Shown here: positions 9,669 to 18,833 of the stretch, piece by piece
Layout of the letters: each line of letters begins with the position of its first letter
How positions within the stretch are numbered: the first letter of the stretch is position 1
NCBI GenBank assembly: GCA_963816185.1
Contig: CAWFJJ010000001.1
Coordinates: 320,001 to 384,000, forward strand
Length of the DNA stretch: 64,000 nucleotides
Source: Thermoanaerobaculia bacterium
GTDB lineage: Bacteria; Acidobacteriota; Thermoanaerobaculia; UBA5066
Reading direction: 5' to 3'
Translations under genes and position numbers: made by a program
The notes under the pieces: generated by a model
Told to the model about the DNA's origin: nothing
Databases searched by the model: none
Seen by the model: the letters and a program-made list of their open reading frames with translations, nothing else

Positions 9669-11366
9669 TCAGACCCCTCGTCGGAGGAGCACGAGCGCCG
9701 CCGCGACGAGCGCCAGGGCCAGGGCTGCCAGCATTCCGTCCGACAGCGCCGGGACGTTGCTGGCGCTGGCGGCGGGGCCTCCGGTTGTCGGGGTGGGCGT
9801 GACCGTGGGTGTCGTCGTCGGCGTCGGCGTGGCGGTCGTCGTGGGTGTGGGCGTCGGCGTGGGTGTCGGCGGGGCACCGATCGGGAACGCGACCGCGAAT
9901 TCGGACGTGTTGTTGGAGGGATCGGTGGCCGTCGCCGAGAAAATGGTCTGCCCGGGAGAGACCGCGAACACGAGCGGCCCGAAGCTCGCATTGCAGGTGG
10001 CGTCTGTCGTCACGTTGGCAAAGCCGATGAAGGTCTGGCCTTCGCCGTTTCCGCTCGGATCGGCGGCCGCGTTCGAGAAGAACTCGATTCTGTAAGTCGT
10101 GCTGGCGGTGCTGTTGAGGGTGCCGGAGATCGTGACGTTTCCGGCCGCGATCGGCGCCGCCGTGATGACCGGGTAGTTCTGACCGAGATTGCCCGGGACG
10201 GTGTCGACGTCACAGGCATCGTTGGCCAAAGGAGTAATCGAAAGACCCAGGAGGCTGATCCCGAGCTGGCTATTGGAGTAGATGGAATTGCCGAGGATGC
10301 TGTTCCCGGAGAAGTTGGCCGCAACAGTCACCCCCCATCCGGTATTGAAGGCGACCGCATTCCCTTGCCCAGCGCTCGTCCCGCCCACCACGAACCCGTT
10401 CGCTCTGAGATGGATTCCGCCGAAGCCGGAGTTCGGCAGGGGGCTCACGCCGTCACGCTGCGTCCCGATGAGATTGCCCTGGATCACGCCTCCGCCGACT
10501 CCGATCTGATTCGTGTCGATGCCGCCCACGATGTTTCCCGAGATCAGGTTTCCGGAAATCACCGTGTTCGTGGCGGCCAGAACGAGGATTCCTCCCCGGC
10601 TCCCCGTGCCGTTCAGCGCCGCCGTGCCCGTGACGTCGGTGCCGATGTAGTTGCCCTGGATCGTGGTGCCGTCGCCGCTCTCGACGGTGATTCCGCCCTG
10701 GAGGTCGCCGGAAAGCAGGTTCCTGTCGGCGACCGCCGCGCCGCCGAAGACGTTGTTGTTGCCGGACTGCTGCCGGATGGCGAGGCCGCCGGACGCTCCC
10801 GGCAGGGCTGCCGTCCCGGCCGGGTTGGTCCCGAGAAAATCGCCCGCGATGGTGACGTTGTTCGCGTTCACCGTGATCTCATTGCCGCTGCCGCGATTGA
10901 GCACGAGCCCCCGGATGGTCGTCCCCGCGGCGTTGATGGTGAGGCCGCCGGACGAGGTCTGGTTCAGTTCGATGAGCAGGACGGCGTTGATGCCGGCGCC
11001 GAGCGCGCTCGTGTTCGCGCTCGACACCCCTTGCGTATAGCCGTTGATGAAGACCGCCTCGGTGATCGTCGGCAGAAGGGAGGCCGGAGCGATGGTCTGC
11101 ACGCCGGCGCCCGGGATGCCGAACGCGATCGTGTCCAGTCCCGCGGCGCCGGCCACGCACTCGCCCGCGGCGGCTCCCGACGCCGTGTTCGTGTTCGCCG
11201 CGATGATCGCCTCGCGCAGCGTACACACGCCGTCGTTGGCGGCCGCGTCGGACGTGCTGTTGACCGTGATCGTGGCCGCGCCGGCCGGGAACGCCGCAAG
11301 GAAGGTCGCGGCGCCTGCGATCGCGGAAAGCCATCGAGAGTTGATCCGCATGCACTGAAGTGCCAT
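9669..11366 (-). CDS. CSLREA-domain beta-helix surface protein with PT linker and IPTL-CTERM sorting signal
   Basis: ITVNSTSDAAANDGVCTLREAIIAAN; GNYIGTD/NLISGN repeats; TSEF; PTPTPT linker; C-terminal NVPALSDGMLAALALALVAAALVLLRR; GAGGAGG SD before ATG 11366. Confidence 0.85.
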   Translation of the reverse strand: MALQCMRINSRWLSAIAGAATFLAAFPAGAATITVNSTSDAAANDGVCTLREAIIAANTNTASGAAAGECVAGAAGLDTIAFGIPGAGVQTIAPASLLPTITEAVFINGYTQGVSSANTSALGAGINAVLLIELNQTSSGGLTINAAGTTIRGLVLNRGSGNEITVNANNVTIAGDFLGTNPAGTAALPGASGGLAIRQQSGNNNVFGGAAVADRNLLSGDLQGGITVESGDGTTIQGNYIGTDVTGTAALNGTGSRGGILVLAATNTVISGNLISGNIVGGIDTNQIGVGGGVIQGNLIGTQRDGVSPLPNSGFGGIHLRANGFVVGGTSAGQGNAVAFNTGWGVTVAANFSGNSILGNSIYSNSQLGISLLGLSITPLANDACDVDTVPGNLGQNYPVITAAPIAAGNVTISGTLNSTASTTYRIEFFSNAAADPSGNGEGQTFIGFANVTTDATCNASFGPLVFAVSPGQTIFSATATDPSNNTSEFAVAFPIGAPPTPTPTPTPTTTATPTPTTTPTVTPTPTTGGPAASASNVPALSDGMLAALALALVAAALVLLRRGV

Positions 11367-11482
11367 TTGTCCTCCTCGAACGCGAGGACGTGAATCTATG
11401 AGGTTGTGCGCAATTTCTGCATAGCATGGGGATGCGGTGCCGCCCGGACGGTCCGGGAGGGCCGCCGCGTGGGACCGGCGCG

Positions 11483-12175
11483 TCACTCGATGAGGCGACG
11501 CCGCAGTCCCTTGCTCACGGCCTCCGATCGCGAGTGTACGTGCAGCTTCTCATAGACCGCGCGGACGTGATCGCGGACGGTGTTGATCGTGACTCCGAGC
11601 CGGCCGCTCGCGGACTGGTAGCTGTGGCCGTCGGCGAGGAGGTGCAGGAGGCGGATCTCCTGGGCGGTGAGGAGAGGCTTGGGCCGCGCCGCGCCGGGAG
11701 AGAGTCGGAAGCGTCGCACGATGTGACCCGCGATCTCCGGCGAGAGGGGAGTGCCGCCGAGCCTCGCCTGCCGCACGGCCTCGACGAGCTGCGCCGGAGG
11801 CGTCTTCTTCAGGAGATAGCCGCTCGCCCCGTTGCAGATCGACTCGAAGACCCGCTCCTCGTCCTCGTACACCGTGAGCATGAGAACGCGCATCTCGGGG
11901 AACTGCTCCGTCAGGACGCGCACGCCCTCGACGCCCGACATCCCCGGCAGGTGGATATCGAGAAGCAAGACGTCACACGGGGCCGCACCCAGCCCGGCGG
12001 CAGCCCGCTCGACCGACGCGTAGAGGCCGACGCACGTCAGCTCTGCCGAGGAGTCGAGAAGGGCTCCCAGCCCCTCGCGCGTGAGCCGTTTGTCCTCGAC
12101 GAGAGCCACCCGGATGCGATCGCGACCGTTCATCGTGCCGTCCGGCGGATCCTCCGCCACCGGGCTCTCTGCCAC
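11483..12175 (-). CDS. NarL/LuxR-family response regulator
   Basis: ALVED, LLLDIHLPGMSG, GASGYLLKK, C-terminal HTH (TVRDHVRAVYEKLHVHSRSEAV). Start could also be ATG 12133. Confidence 0.93.
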   Translation of the reverse strand: MAESPVAEDPPDGTMNGRDRIRVALVEDKRLTREGLGALLDSSAELTCVGLYASVERAAAGLGAAPCDVLLLDIHLPGMSGVEGVRVLTEQFPEMRVLMLTVYEDEERVFESICNGASGYLLKKTPPAQLVEAVRQARLGGTPLSPEIAGHIVRRFRLSPGAARPKPLLTAQEIRLLHLLADGHSYQSASGRLGVTINTVRDHVRAVYEKLHVHSRSEAVSKGLRRRLIE

Positions 12176-12182
12176 AACCGCA

Positions 12183-15100
12183 TCACGATGCGGCGCGAAC
12201 GGGCGCGCGGAGGGGAACGACGAGAGTGATGCGCGTGCCGCCCGCCGGCCGCGAGTCCACGCGGAGGTCCGCGCCGAGAGCGGTGGCGCGCGCGCGCATG
12301 CTCGCGAGCCCGTGGCCGGAGCCCGACGCCTCGGCCCCGATGTCGAAGCCCTTCCCGTCGTCCTCGACGTCGATCGAGATCGCGTGGGGGACGAGCAGGA
12401 CCCGCAGGGATGCGCGGGTGCAGCCGGAATGACGCGCGACGTTCGTCACCGCTTCCTTCAGGATGAGGAAGACCTGCCTCCGGCGTTCCGGGTCGATCGC
12501 GAGCCCGCCGAGCTCGTCCGGGACCTCGAGCGTCCACGCGATGCCCCGGCTCTCGAGGGCGTTCGCGGCGAAGTGGCGGATCCGCTGGACGACGCTTCCG
12601 AGGTCGTCCTTCCCCGGATTCGTGGACCAGACGATGTCGCTGAGCGTGTCGACGAGGCGGCGCGCCGAGGAACCGATCTCCCCGAGCAGTCGCGTCCGCT
12701 CGAGGGTGTCCCGGCTCGCCGCGAGCTCGCTCAGGATCGCGATCTCCGAGAGGTCCGCGCCGATGTCGTCGTGCAGATCGGTCGCGACGCGCATCCGCAC
12801 GCGCTCCACGGCGAGGGCGTTGCGGAGCCGGTTGCGATGAACCGCCCACGCGACCGAGGCCGCGGCGACGGCGAGGAGAAGCAGCACGCCCGGCCTCTTC
12901 CAGAGGGGCGGGAGCATCGCGAAGCGCACCTCGGCAGCGCCCGTCCCCACCGTGCCGTCGTTCGCGATCGCGCGCACCTGGAACCGGTACGTGCCACCGG
13001 GCAGCCGCGCGAGGATGACGGAGCGCTGGTCCGAGGGCGCGCTCCAGTCGCGATCGACGCCCTCCAGGCGGTGCTGGTAGCGCAGCTTTCCGCCGGACGC
13101 GAAGTCGATGCCGCCGAAGTCGATTTCGAGCGGCCCGGCCTCACGACCCGCGTCCGGGAGCGACACGAGGGTCTCGCCGAGCGGCGCCAGCGGCTGCCGG
13201 ACGCCGTCCAGCGTGACGCGCGTGATGCGCAGCGTCGGGGGATTCTTTCGTGGCTCGCGGGTGGGATCGAGCCAGGAGAGACCCTCCCCGGAGCCGAACC
13301 AGAGGTTGCCGTTCCGGTCGCGAAGAATGGTCTCCACGATTCCGGGAGCGAGTCCGTCGTCGGCGGTGAAGTGCTGGACGTTTCCGGTCGCAGGATCGAT
13401 CCGGTCGAGCCCGCGCTCGGTTCCGACGTAGATGCGGCCCCACCGGTCTTCGGCGAGAGACGCGGCGTTCTCGCTCGCGAGACCATACGCGAGCCCGAAC
13501 ATCATGAAGCGCGGCGTTTCCTCGGCAGGCCGGTCGATGCGGGCGACGCCGCCCCGGCTCGTCGCGATCCACAGTCGCCCGGCTGCGTCCAGGTGAAGCG
13601 CCCGTACCGAACCTCGAGGGAGACCTTCTCTCTCCGTGAAGAGCGTGGTCCGCCCGTCGCGATATCGCGCGAGGCCGCCTCGCTGGAAGCCGATCCAGAC
13701 CGCCCCGCTTCCGTCTTCCGCGAACGAAATCGGCGGCTCCCGTGGAACACCATCCGCCGCGGAGAAGACCCGGAAGGAACCCGTGCGCCGATCCCATCGC
13801 GCGAGCCAGCCTTCCGTCTCCAGGAGAGAGATCCAGAGGTCTCCCCGGCTGTCCTCGTAGAGACGGAAGATCTGATTCGAGGGAAGACCGTCGGCCTTGG
13901 TGTACACGCGGCGCGGCGGTGTCGAGCCCAGGCGATCGAAGGGGACCGACGGGAACCGAAACAGGCCGGCGAAGGTCGGCACCCACCACTCTCCGGCCCG
14001 GTCCCTGAGGGTCACCTGCTGCGAGCCCCATCCGTAGGGCGTGCCTTTCGGAAGGCGCGGGTGTCCGGCATGGAACCGCCTGCCGTCATAGCACGCGAGA
14101 AAGCCATCTTCGCCGGTGATCTCTTCGGGGCGTTGTCCTCTGGTGAACGCGCAGGGCTCGCCGCTCGGGCCCTCGAGAAGGGAGGCCACCCGGTCGCTCG
14201 TGAGTCCGTCCCGACGCTCATAGCGGCGGAATCCGTTCCGAGCGAGCCTCATGACGCCGGAGTCGTCGCTTCCGATCCAGAGATTTCCATTCCTGTCCTC
14301 GGCGAGCGACCACATGCCGAGCCCGGAGAGCCCCTCCGCCGTCGAATAACTTCGGAGACCAGACCGATCGGCGGCGATCTCGGTGACCCCACCGTAGCAC
14401 GCCGCCCAGAGCTTTCCGTCGGAAGTCTCGAGAAGGGCCGTCACATGATCGCCGGCGAGCCCGTTCGCACGCGTGAAGACCTGGCGGACCTCTGAACCCC
14501 TCACGTCGAAGAGTCCCGAGAGGTGCGTTCCGGCCCAGAGAAAGCCGGCGCGGTCCTGAGCCAGACAGCGGACCTCCACGAGAGGCGGACCCCGCCCGAT
14601 CACGCGATGGACGACGCCTGTCGGCGACCGCTGGAACAAGCCCGCGTCGGCCCCGATCCAGAGATTGCCCGCACGATCTTCGACGAGGGCGTTGATCGAC
14701 TCCGTTCCCGCTGGCGCGTCTTTTCCCACAGGGACGCACACCGCCTTCCACCCTTTTCCGGCCGGTTCGAGGCGAAACAGCCCGCTCGCGGTGCCGGCCC
14801 AGAGGACGCCCGCGCGGTCCTCGACCAGGGCCTGCACGTCGTCGGCGAGCCCGTCGTTTCGAAGGTCGACCCTCAGGAAGGCTGCGCGCGACCGTGTCAC
14901 CTCGCGCGCCGCATCCCAACGCACGAGACCTCCGACCGTACCGATCCAGTACGCCCCGTCGCGCGTCTCGAGCATCGCCTGGACGCTCGCGGCCGGCAGA
15001 CCCTCCGCGACCGAGTAGTTCGTGAAGCCGTAGCCGTCGAAGAGCGAGATGCCGTCCTCGGTGCCGAGCCAGAGGAATCCGCGCGAGTCGGGGAGGATGC

Positions 15101-15242
15101 AGTGGATCCGGTCGCTCGCGAGCCCGTCGGCGGTGGTGTAGGTCTTGAGAGGGAGCTGCTCCCCGGAAGCCGCGAGAGCTGGCAGGACGAGCAGCAGAAG
15201 GAGGGAGCATCGGTGTAAGGAGCACGCATTGCGCCCGATCAT
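12183..15242 (-). CDS. Sensor histidine kinase: Reg_prop beta-propellers + Y_Y_Y + TM + HisKA_3/HATPase
   Basis: Many DGL..(L)EDR.G.LWIGT repeats, LPGGTYRFQVRA, RVATDLHDDIG, EAVTNVARHS, DDGKGF, GHGLASMRARA. Confidence 0.92.
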   Translation of the reverse strand: MIGRNACSLHRCSLLLLLVLPALAASGEQLPLKTYTTADGLASDRIHCILPDSRGFLWLGTEDGISLFDGYGFTNYSVAEGLPAASVQAMLETRDGAYWIGTVGGLVRWDAAREVTRSRAAFLRVDLRNDGLADDVQALVEDRAGVLWAGTASGLFRLEPAGKGWKAVCVPVGKDAPAGTESINALVEDRAGNLWIGADAGLFQRSPTGVVHRVIGRGPPLVEVRCLAQDRAGFLWAGTHLSGLFDVRGSEVRQVFTRANGLAGDHVTALLETSDGKLWAACYGGVTEIAADRSGLRSYSTAEGLSGLGMWSLAEDRNGNLWIGSDDSGVMRLARNGFRRYERRDGLTSDRVASLLEGPSGEPCAFTRGQRPEEITGEDGFLACYDGRRFHAGHPRLPKGTPYGWGSQQVTLRDRAGEWWVPTFAGLFRFPSVPFDRLGSTPPRRVYTKADGLPSNQIFRLYEDSRGDLWISLLETEGWLARWDRRTGSFRVFSAADGVPREPPISFAEDGSGAVWIGFQRGGLARYRDGRTTLFTEREGLPRGSVRALHLDAAGRLWIATSRGGVARIDRPAEETPRFMMFGLAYGLASENAASLAEDRWGRIYVGTERGLDRIDPATGNVQHFTADDGLAPGIVETILRDRNGNLWFGSGEGLSWLDPTREPRKNPPTLRITRVTLDGVRQPLAPLGETLVSLPDAGREAGPLEIDFGGIDFASGGKLRYQHRLEGVDRDWSAPSDQRSVILARLPGGTYRFQVRAIANDGTVGTGAAEVRFAMLPPLWKRPGVLLLLAVAAASVAWAVHRNRLRNALAVERVRMRVATDLHDDIGADLSEIAILSELAASRDTLERTRLLGEIGSSARRLVDTLSDIVWSTNPGKDDLGSVVQRIRHFAANALESRGIAWTLEVPDELGGLAIDPERRRQVFLILKEAVTNVARHSGCTRASLRVLLVPHAISIDVEDDGKGFDIGAEASGSGHGLASMRARATALGADLRVDSRPAGGTRITLVVPLRAPVRAAS

Positions 15243-15264
15243 TCCGATCAGTCCGTCGAGAGCT

Positions 15265-17094
15265 CTACGGTCCCGCCGGGGCCGCCGGCTTCTCGATCCC
15301 GTCCCCCCTCTTCGCGAGGCCGGGAATCGTGATGGGGAGCTTGCCGCCGATCGCCGACTCGCCGAACAGCGCCTGGGCGGCGGCCACCTGCGCGACGTCC
15401 TGGCCGCCCCACGCGCAGAGGTACGTCTTGAGGTCGGGGAAATCCCGAAGGAGATAGGGGCTTCCGAAGGAGACGACGACGACGGGCTTGCCGAGCGCGA
15501 GAAGCTGCGGGATCGCGGCTCTCCCCGCTTCCGGCACGGCGATCTTCCCGAGCCCCGAATGCGTCCTGACGAAAAGCGAGACGAGGACGGCGTCCGCGTC
15601 CTTCGCGGCCTCGACGGCGCCCTTCGTCTCGTCCGGCGTCGAGCGCGGATCCAGCGTCAGCGTCTTCACGGACGGGGCGCGCGCTTTGATCTCCAGGCCG
15701 AGCGGGCCCGCCGGGCCGTTCTTCGTCGCCTCGTCCGCGACGACGAGCGAGAGCAGCTTCGCGCCTCTTCGGAGCGGCAGCGCGTCCGGCTCCTCGCGGA
15801 CGAGCGTGAGGGAGCGTCTCGCGACCTCGGTATCGAACGCCTGAACGGGCTGGGTGTCGACGATCTTCGAGAGGCCGCCGACGAAGGGGATGTTCTTATC
15901 GAAGAGCTTCAGCTTCTTCTTGCAGTCGAGAATCCGCGTCACGGACTCGTCGAGGCGTTTCTCGGTGATCCGGCCCGACTTCACCGCCTCGCGCACGGCG
16001 GCGATCGCGGCGTCCGTGTCGCTCGAGAGCAGGATCTGGTCGGCCCCCGCGAGGATCGCGCGCACGGCCGCTTCGCCGGCCGTGAAGTGGGACGTGATAC
16101 CGCCCATCCGGATCGCGTCCGTCACGACGAGCCCCGTGAAGCCGAGCTCCTTGCGGAGGATTCCCGTGACGACGGGCTCGGACAGCGACGCCGGCATCGT
16201 GCCGTGCGTCTCGACCTCCACGTTCTCGCCGATCGCGTCCACCGGCCTCGGCGGATTCGGGAGGGCCGGCGCGGGCGTGTCGTCGAGCGCGGGGATCGAG
16301 ACGTGCGCGACCATGACGGACTCGGCACCCGCCTTGATGCCGGCGCGGAACGGGACGAGCTCGACGGACTCGAGGCGCGGGCGGTCTGCGCCGACGATCG
16401 GGAGCGAGCGGTGCGAGTCCGTGGCGGTGTCCCCGTGGCCGGGGAAGTGCTTGAGCGTCGCAAGGACGCCGCCTTTCTCCAGGCCCTTCACGGTCGCCTC
16501 GACGTACCGCGAGACGTCGGCGGGGTCCTCGCCGAAGCTCCTGACGTTGATGACAGGATTGTCGGGATTCACGTTGACGTCGGCGACGGGAGCGAAGACC
16601 TGCGTGACGCCGATCGCGCGCGCCTCGCGGGCCGTGGCAAGGGCGGCGCGCTCGGCGAGCGCCGGATCGCCCGCCGCGGCGAAAGCCATCGCCCACGGGC
16701 CGTACGTGACGTCCTCGAAACGCATCCCGAGGCCGGCCTCGAGGTCGGCCGATACGAGGAGCGGAACCCTCGCGAGCTCCTGAAGCTTTCCGACGAGAAC
16801 GGCGGCCCCGTATACGTTCGAGCGGAACAGGATGACGCCGCCGACGCGATTGTCCACGACGTGGTGGCGCAGAGTCTGAAACTCCTTCGAGTCCTCGCTC
16901 ATGTAGATGCCGCTCGCGGGCACGACGAAGAGCTGGCCGATCTTCTCGTCGAGCGGCAGCGAGAGCGCCCGCGGGGCGTCCGGTGTGAGCTGTCCGAAGT
17001 CGACCGTGACGGGCGGGAAGGGGTTCCCGCCCGCACACGATACGAGAACCAGCGCCGTGGCGAGAATCGAGAGCAGCCGGACCGCCTTGAGCAT
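15265..17094 (-). CDS. nagZ: GH3 beta-N-acetylhexosaminidase, lipoprotein
   Basis: ADLEAG, APVADVN, RSFGED, KHFPGHGDTATDSH (NagZ signature), VTDAIRM; lipobox LVSC. Confidence 0.88.
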   Translation of the reverse strand: MLKAVRLLSILATALVLVSCAGGNPFPPVTVDFGQLTPDAPRALSLPLDEKIGQLFVVPASGIYMSEDSKEFQTLRHHVVDNRVGGVILFRSNVYGAAVLVGKLQELARVPLLVSADLEAGLGMRFEDVTYGPWAMAFAAAGDPALAERAALATAREARAIGVTQVFAPVADVNVNPDNPVINVRSFGEDPADVSRYVEATVKGLEKGGVLATLKHFPGHGDTATDSHRSLPIVGADRPRLESVELVPFRAGIKAGAESVMVAHVSIPALDDTPAPALPNPPRPVDAIGENVEVETHGTMPASLSEPVVTGILRKELGFTGLVVTDAIRMGGITSHFTAGEAAVRAILAGADQILLSSDTDAAIAAVREAVKSGRITEKRLDESVTRILDCKKKLKLFDKNIPFVGGLSKIVDTQPVQAFDTEVARRSLTLVREEPDALPLRRGAKLLSLVVADEATKNGPAGPLGLEIKARAPSVKTLTLDPRSTPDETKGAVEAAKDADAVLVSLFVRTHSGLGKIAVPEAGRAAIPQLLALGKPVVVVSFGSPYLLRDFPDLKTYLCAWGGQDVAQVAAAQALFGESAIGGKLPITIPGLAKRGDGIEKPAAPAGP

Positions 17095-17099
17095 GAGCG

Positions 17100-18410
17100 T
17101 CACCTCTCGGAAGGACGAATCTCGTCCCGGAACAGATCGTCGAACGTCCCCCGGCGCCGGATGAGGGTGGCCGTGTCGCCGTCCACGAGCACCTCCGCCG
17201 GAAGCGGACGTGCGTTGTACGTCGACGCCATCGAGAATCCGTAGGCGCCGGCGTCGAGAAAGACGACGAAATCGCCGGCCTTCGGGCGCGGGAGCCTTCG
17301 CTCGGCCGCGAGGATGTCTCCCGTCTCGCAGACGTCGCCCGCGACGTCGAGGGTCTCGGGAGCTCCCGTGCTTCCCACGACGCGCGCGCGATGGTGCGCC
17401 GCGTACATTGCGGGGCGCAGGAGCGTGTTCGAGCCCGCGTTCACGTTCACGAAGACCTTGAGCGGCGTTTCTTTCACCGAGTTCACGCGGGTCACGAGGA
17501 AGCCCGCCGGCCCCACGAAGAAGCGTCCGGGCTCCATCCACAGCTCGGGCTCGTACCCGGCGTCCGCGACGAATTCCTTCCAAAGAGGCTCGAGCGCGGA
17601 GGCCAGCGCATGAGGGGTGAGCCCTTTTTCGCCGTCGTGATAGGGCAAGCCGAGCCCGCCGCCGAGATCCACGAAGGACACGCGGATCGAAAGGCCGTCC
17701 TTCAGCTCGCGCACGAAAGAGAGCATCTTGCGGGCCGTCGCGACGTATCCGCCGATCTCGGTGATCTGCGAGCCGATGTGGCAATGCACGCCCGCGATCC
17801 GGACCGAAGGCAGCTCCTTCGCCCGCGCGTACCCGGCCAGGGCGAGGCCGCCTTCGAGGTGGAGGCCGAACTTCGACTCTGCGATGCCGGTGTTGATGTG
17901 GTGGAGGGTGTGGGGGTCGACGCCGGGGTTGATCCGGAACGAGATCCGCGCCTTGCGGCCCGCGGCCGCGGCCTCAGCGGCGACCTGCTCCAGCTCGTCG
18001 CGGGAGTCGACGTTCACGACGGCGCCGATCGCGACGGCCTTCTCGATCTCCTCGGGCCCTTTCGACGAGCTCGTGAAGAGGATCTCGTCGCCTCGGTATC
18101 CGGCTTTCACCGCCGCGAGAATCTCGCCGAGCGAGACGACCTCGGCGGCGGCACCTTCCGCCCGGAGGAGAGACACGAGCGCTCCGTTCGTGTTCGCCTT
18201 GAGGGCGTAATGGATACGCAGCTTCGAGAAGCGGGGCGCGAAGGCCGCCGTGAACGAACGGAACTGGCCCGTGATCGCCGCCTTGTCGTAGACGTAGAGA
18301 GGGGTCCCGAACTCCGAGGCGAGACGGGCGACGGCGCGGACGGCGGCAGGTTCGAACGCGCGGTCGGCGCGCAGGGCCTGGAGGCCCTCGTGGAGAGTGG
18401 AATCGGGCAT
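17100..18410 (-). CDS. lysA: Diaminopimelate decarboxylase
   Basis: GTPLYVYD, YALKAN, SKFG, HCHIGSQI, DLGGGLG, EPGR, GDVCETGD, GAYGFSMASTYNARP. Confidence 0.95.
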   Translation of the reverse strand: MPDSTLHEGLQALRADRAFEPAAVRAVARLASEFGTPLYVYDKAAITGQFRSFTAAFAPRFSKLRIHYALKANTNGALVSLLRAEGAAAEVVSLGEILAAVKAGYRGDEILFTSSSKGPEEIEKAVAIGAVVNVDSRDELEQVAAEAAAAGRKARISFRINPGVDPHTLHHINTGIAESKFGLHLEGGLALAGYARAKELPSVRIAGVHCHIGSQITEIGGYVATARKMLSFVRELKDGLSIRVSFVDLGGGLGLPYHDGEKGLTPHALASALEPLWKEFVADAGYEPELWMEPGRFFVGPAGFLVTRVNSVKETPLKVFVNVNAGSNTLLRPAMYAAHHRARVVGSTGAPETLDVAGDVCETGDILAAERRLPRPKAGDFVVFLDAGAYGFSMASTYNARPLPAEVLVDGDTATLIRRRGTFDDLFRDEIRPSER

Positions 18411-18457
18411 CAGCCCGCGATTCTGCCAGCTTCGCGGCTTCGCGGTACGATCAGGCG

Positions 18458-18811
18458 ATGCACGTGGAAGTGCGCAAGACCGGCGACGTCGTGATCGTCG
18501 ACCTCCAGGGCCGCCTCCTCGCGGGAGTCGGCGACGAGATCCTCCGCGACGTCATGAACGAGCTCCTCGCCGAGGGCTGGAGGAAGATCCTGCTCAACCT
18601 CTCCGAGGTGACCGCGATCGACAGCGCGGGGACGGGCGAGCTCGTCGCAAGCCACAAGATCTGCGAGCGATTCGGGGCGAAGCTCAAGCTCCTGAACCTG
18701 CACGAACGGGTGCGCAAGAGCCTGCACCTCGCTCAGCTCCTTCCCGTCTTCGAGGTCTACGACGAGGAGCGCGTTGCCCTCCGACACTACGGAGAGAGGA
18801 AGGCCCCCTGA
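18458..18811 (+). CDS. STAS-domain anti-sigma factor antagonist
   Basis: ILLNLSEVTAIDSAGTGELV; 117 aa. Confidence 0.9.
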   Translation: MHVEVRKTGDVVIVDLQGRLLAGVGDEILRDVMNELLAEGWRKILLNLSEVTAIDSAGTGELVASHKICERFGAKLKLLNLHERVRKSLHLAQLLPVFEVYDEERVALRHYGERKAP

Positions 18812-18833
18812 TTCCGGGCCTTTCCGGAGGGCC

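Noticed and set aside
9790-9870. Short tandem repeats (also 45715-45775)
   Set aside because: They encode ordinary Pro/Thr and (I/V)PP linkers; not CRISPR or contingency repeats.
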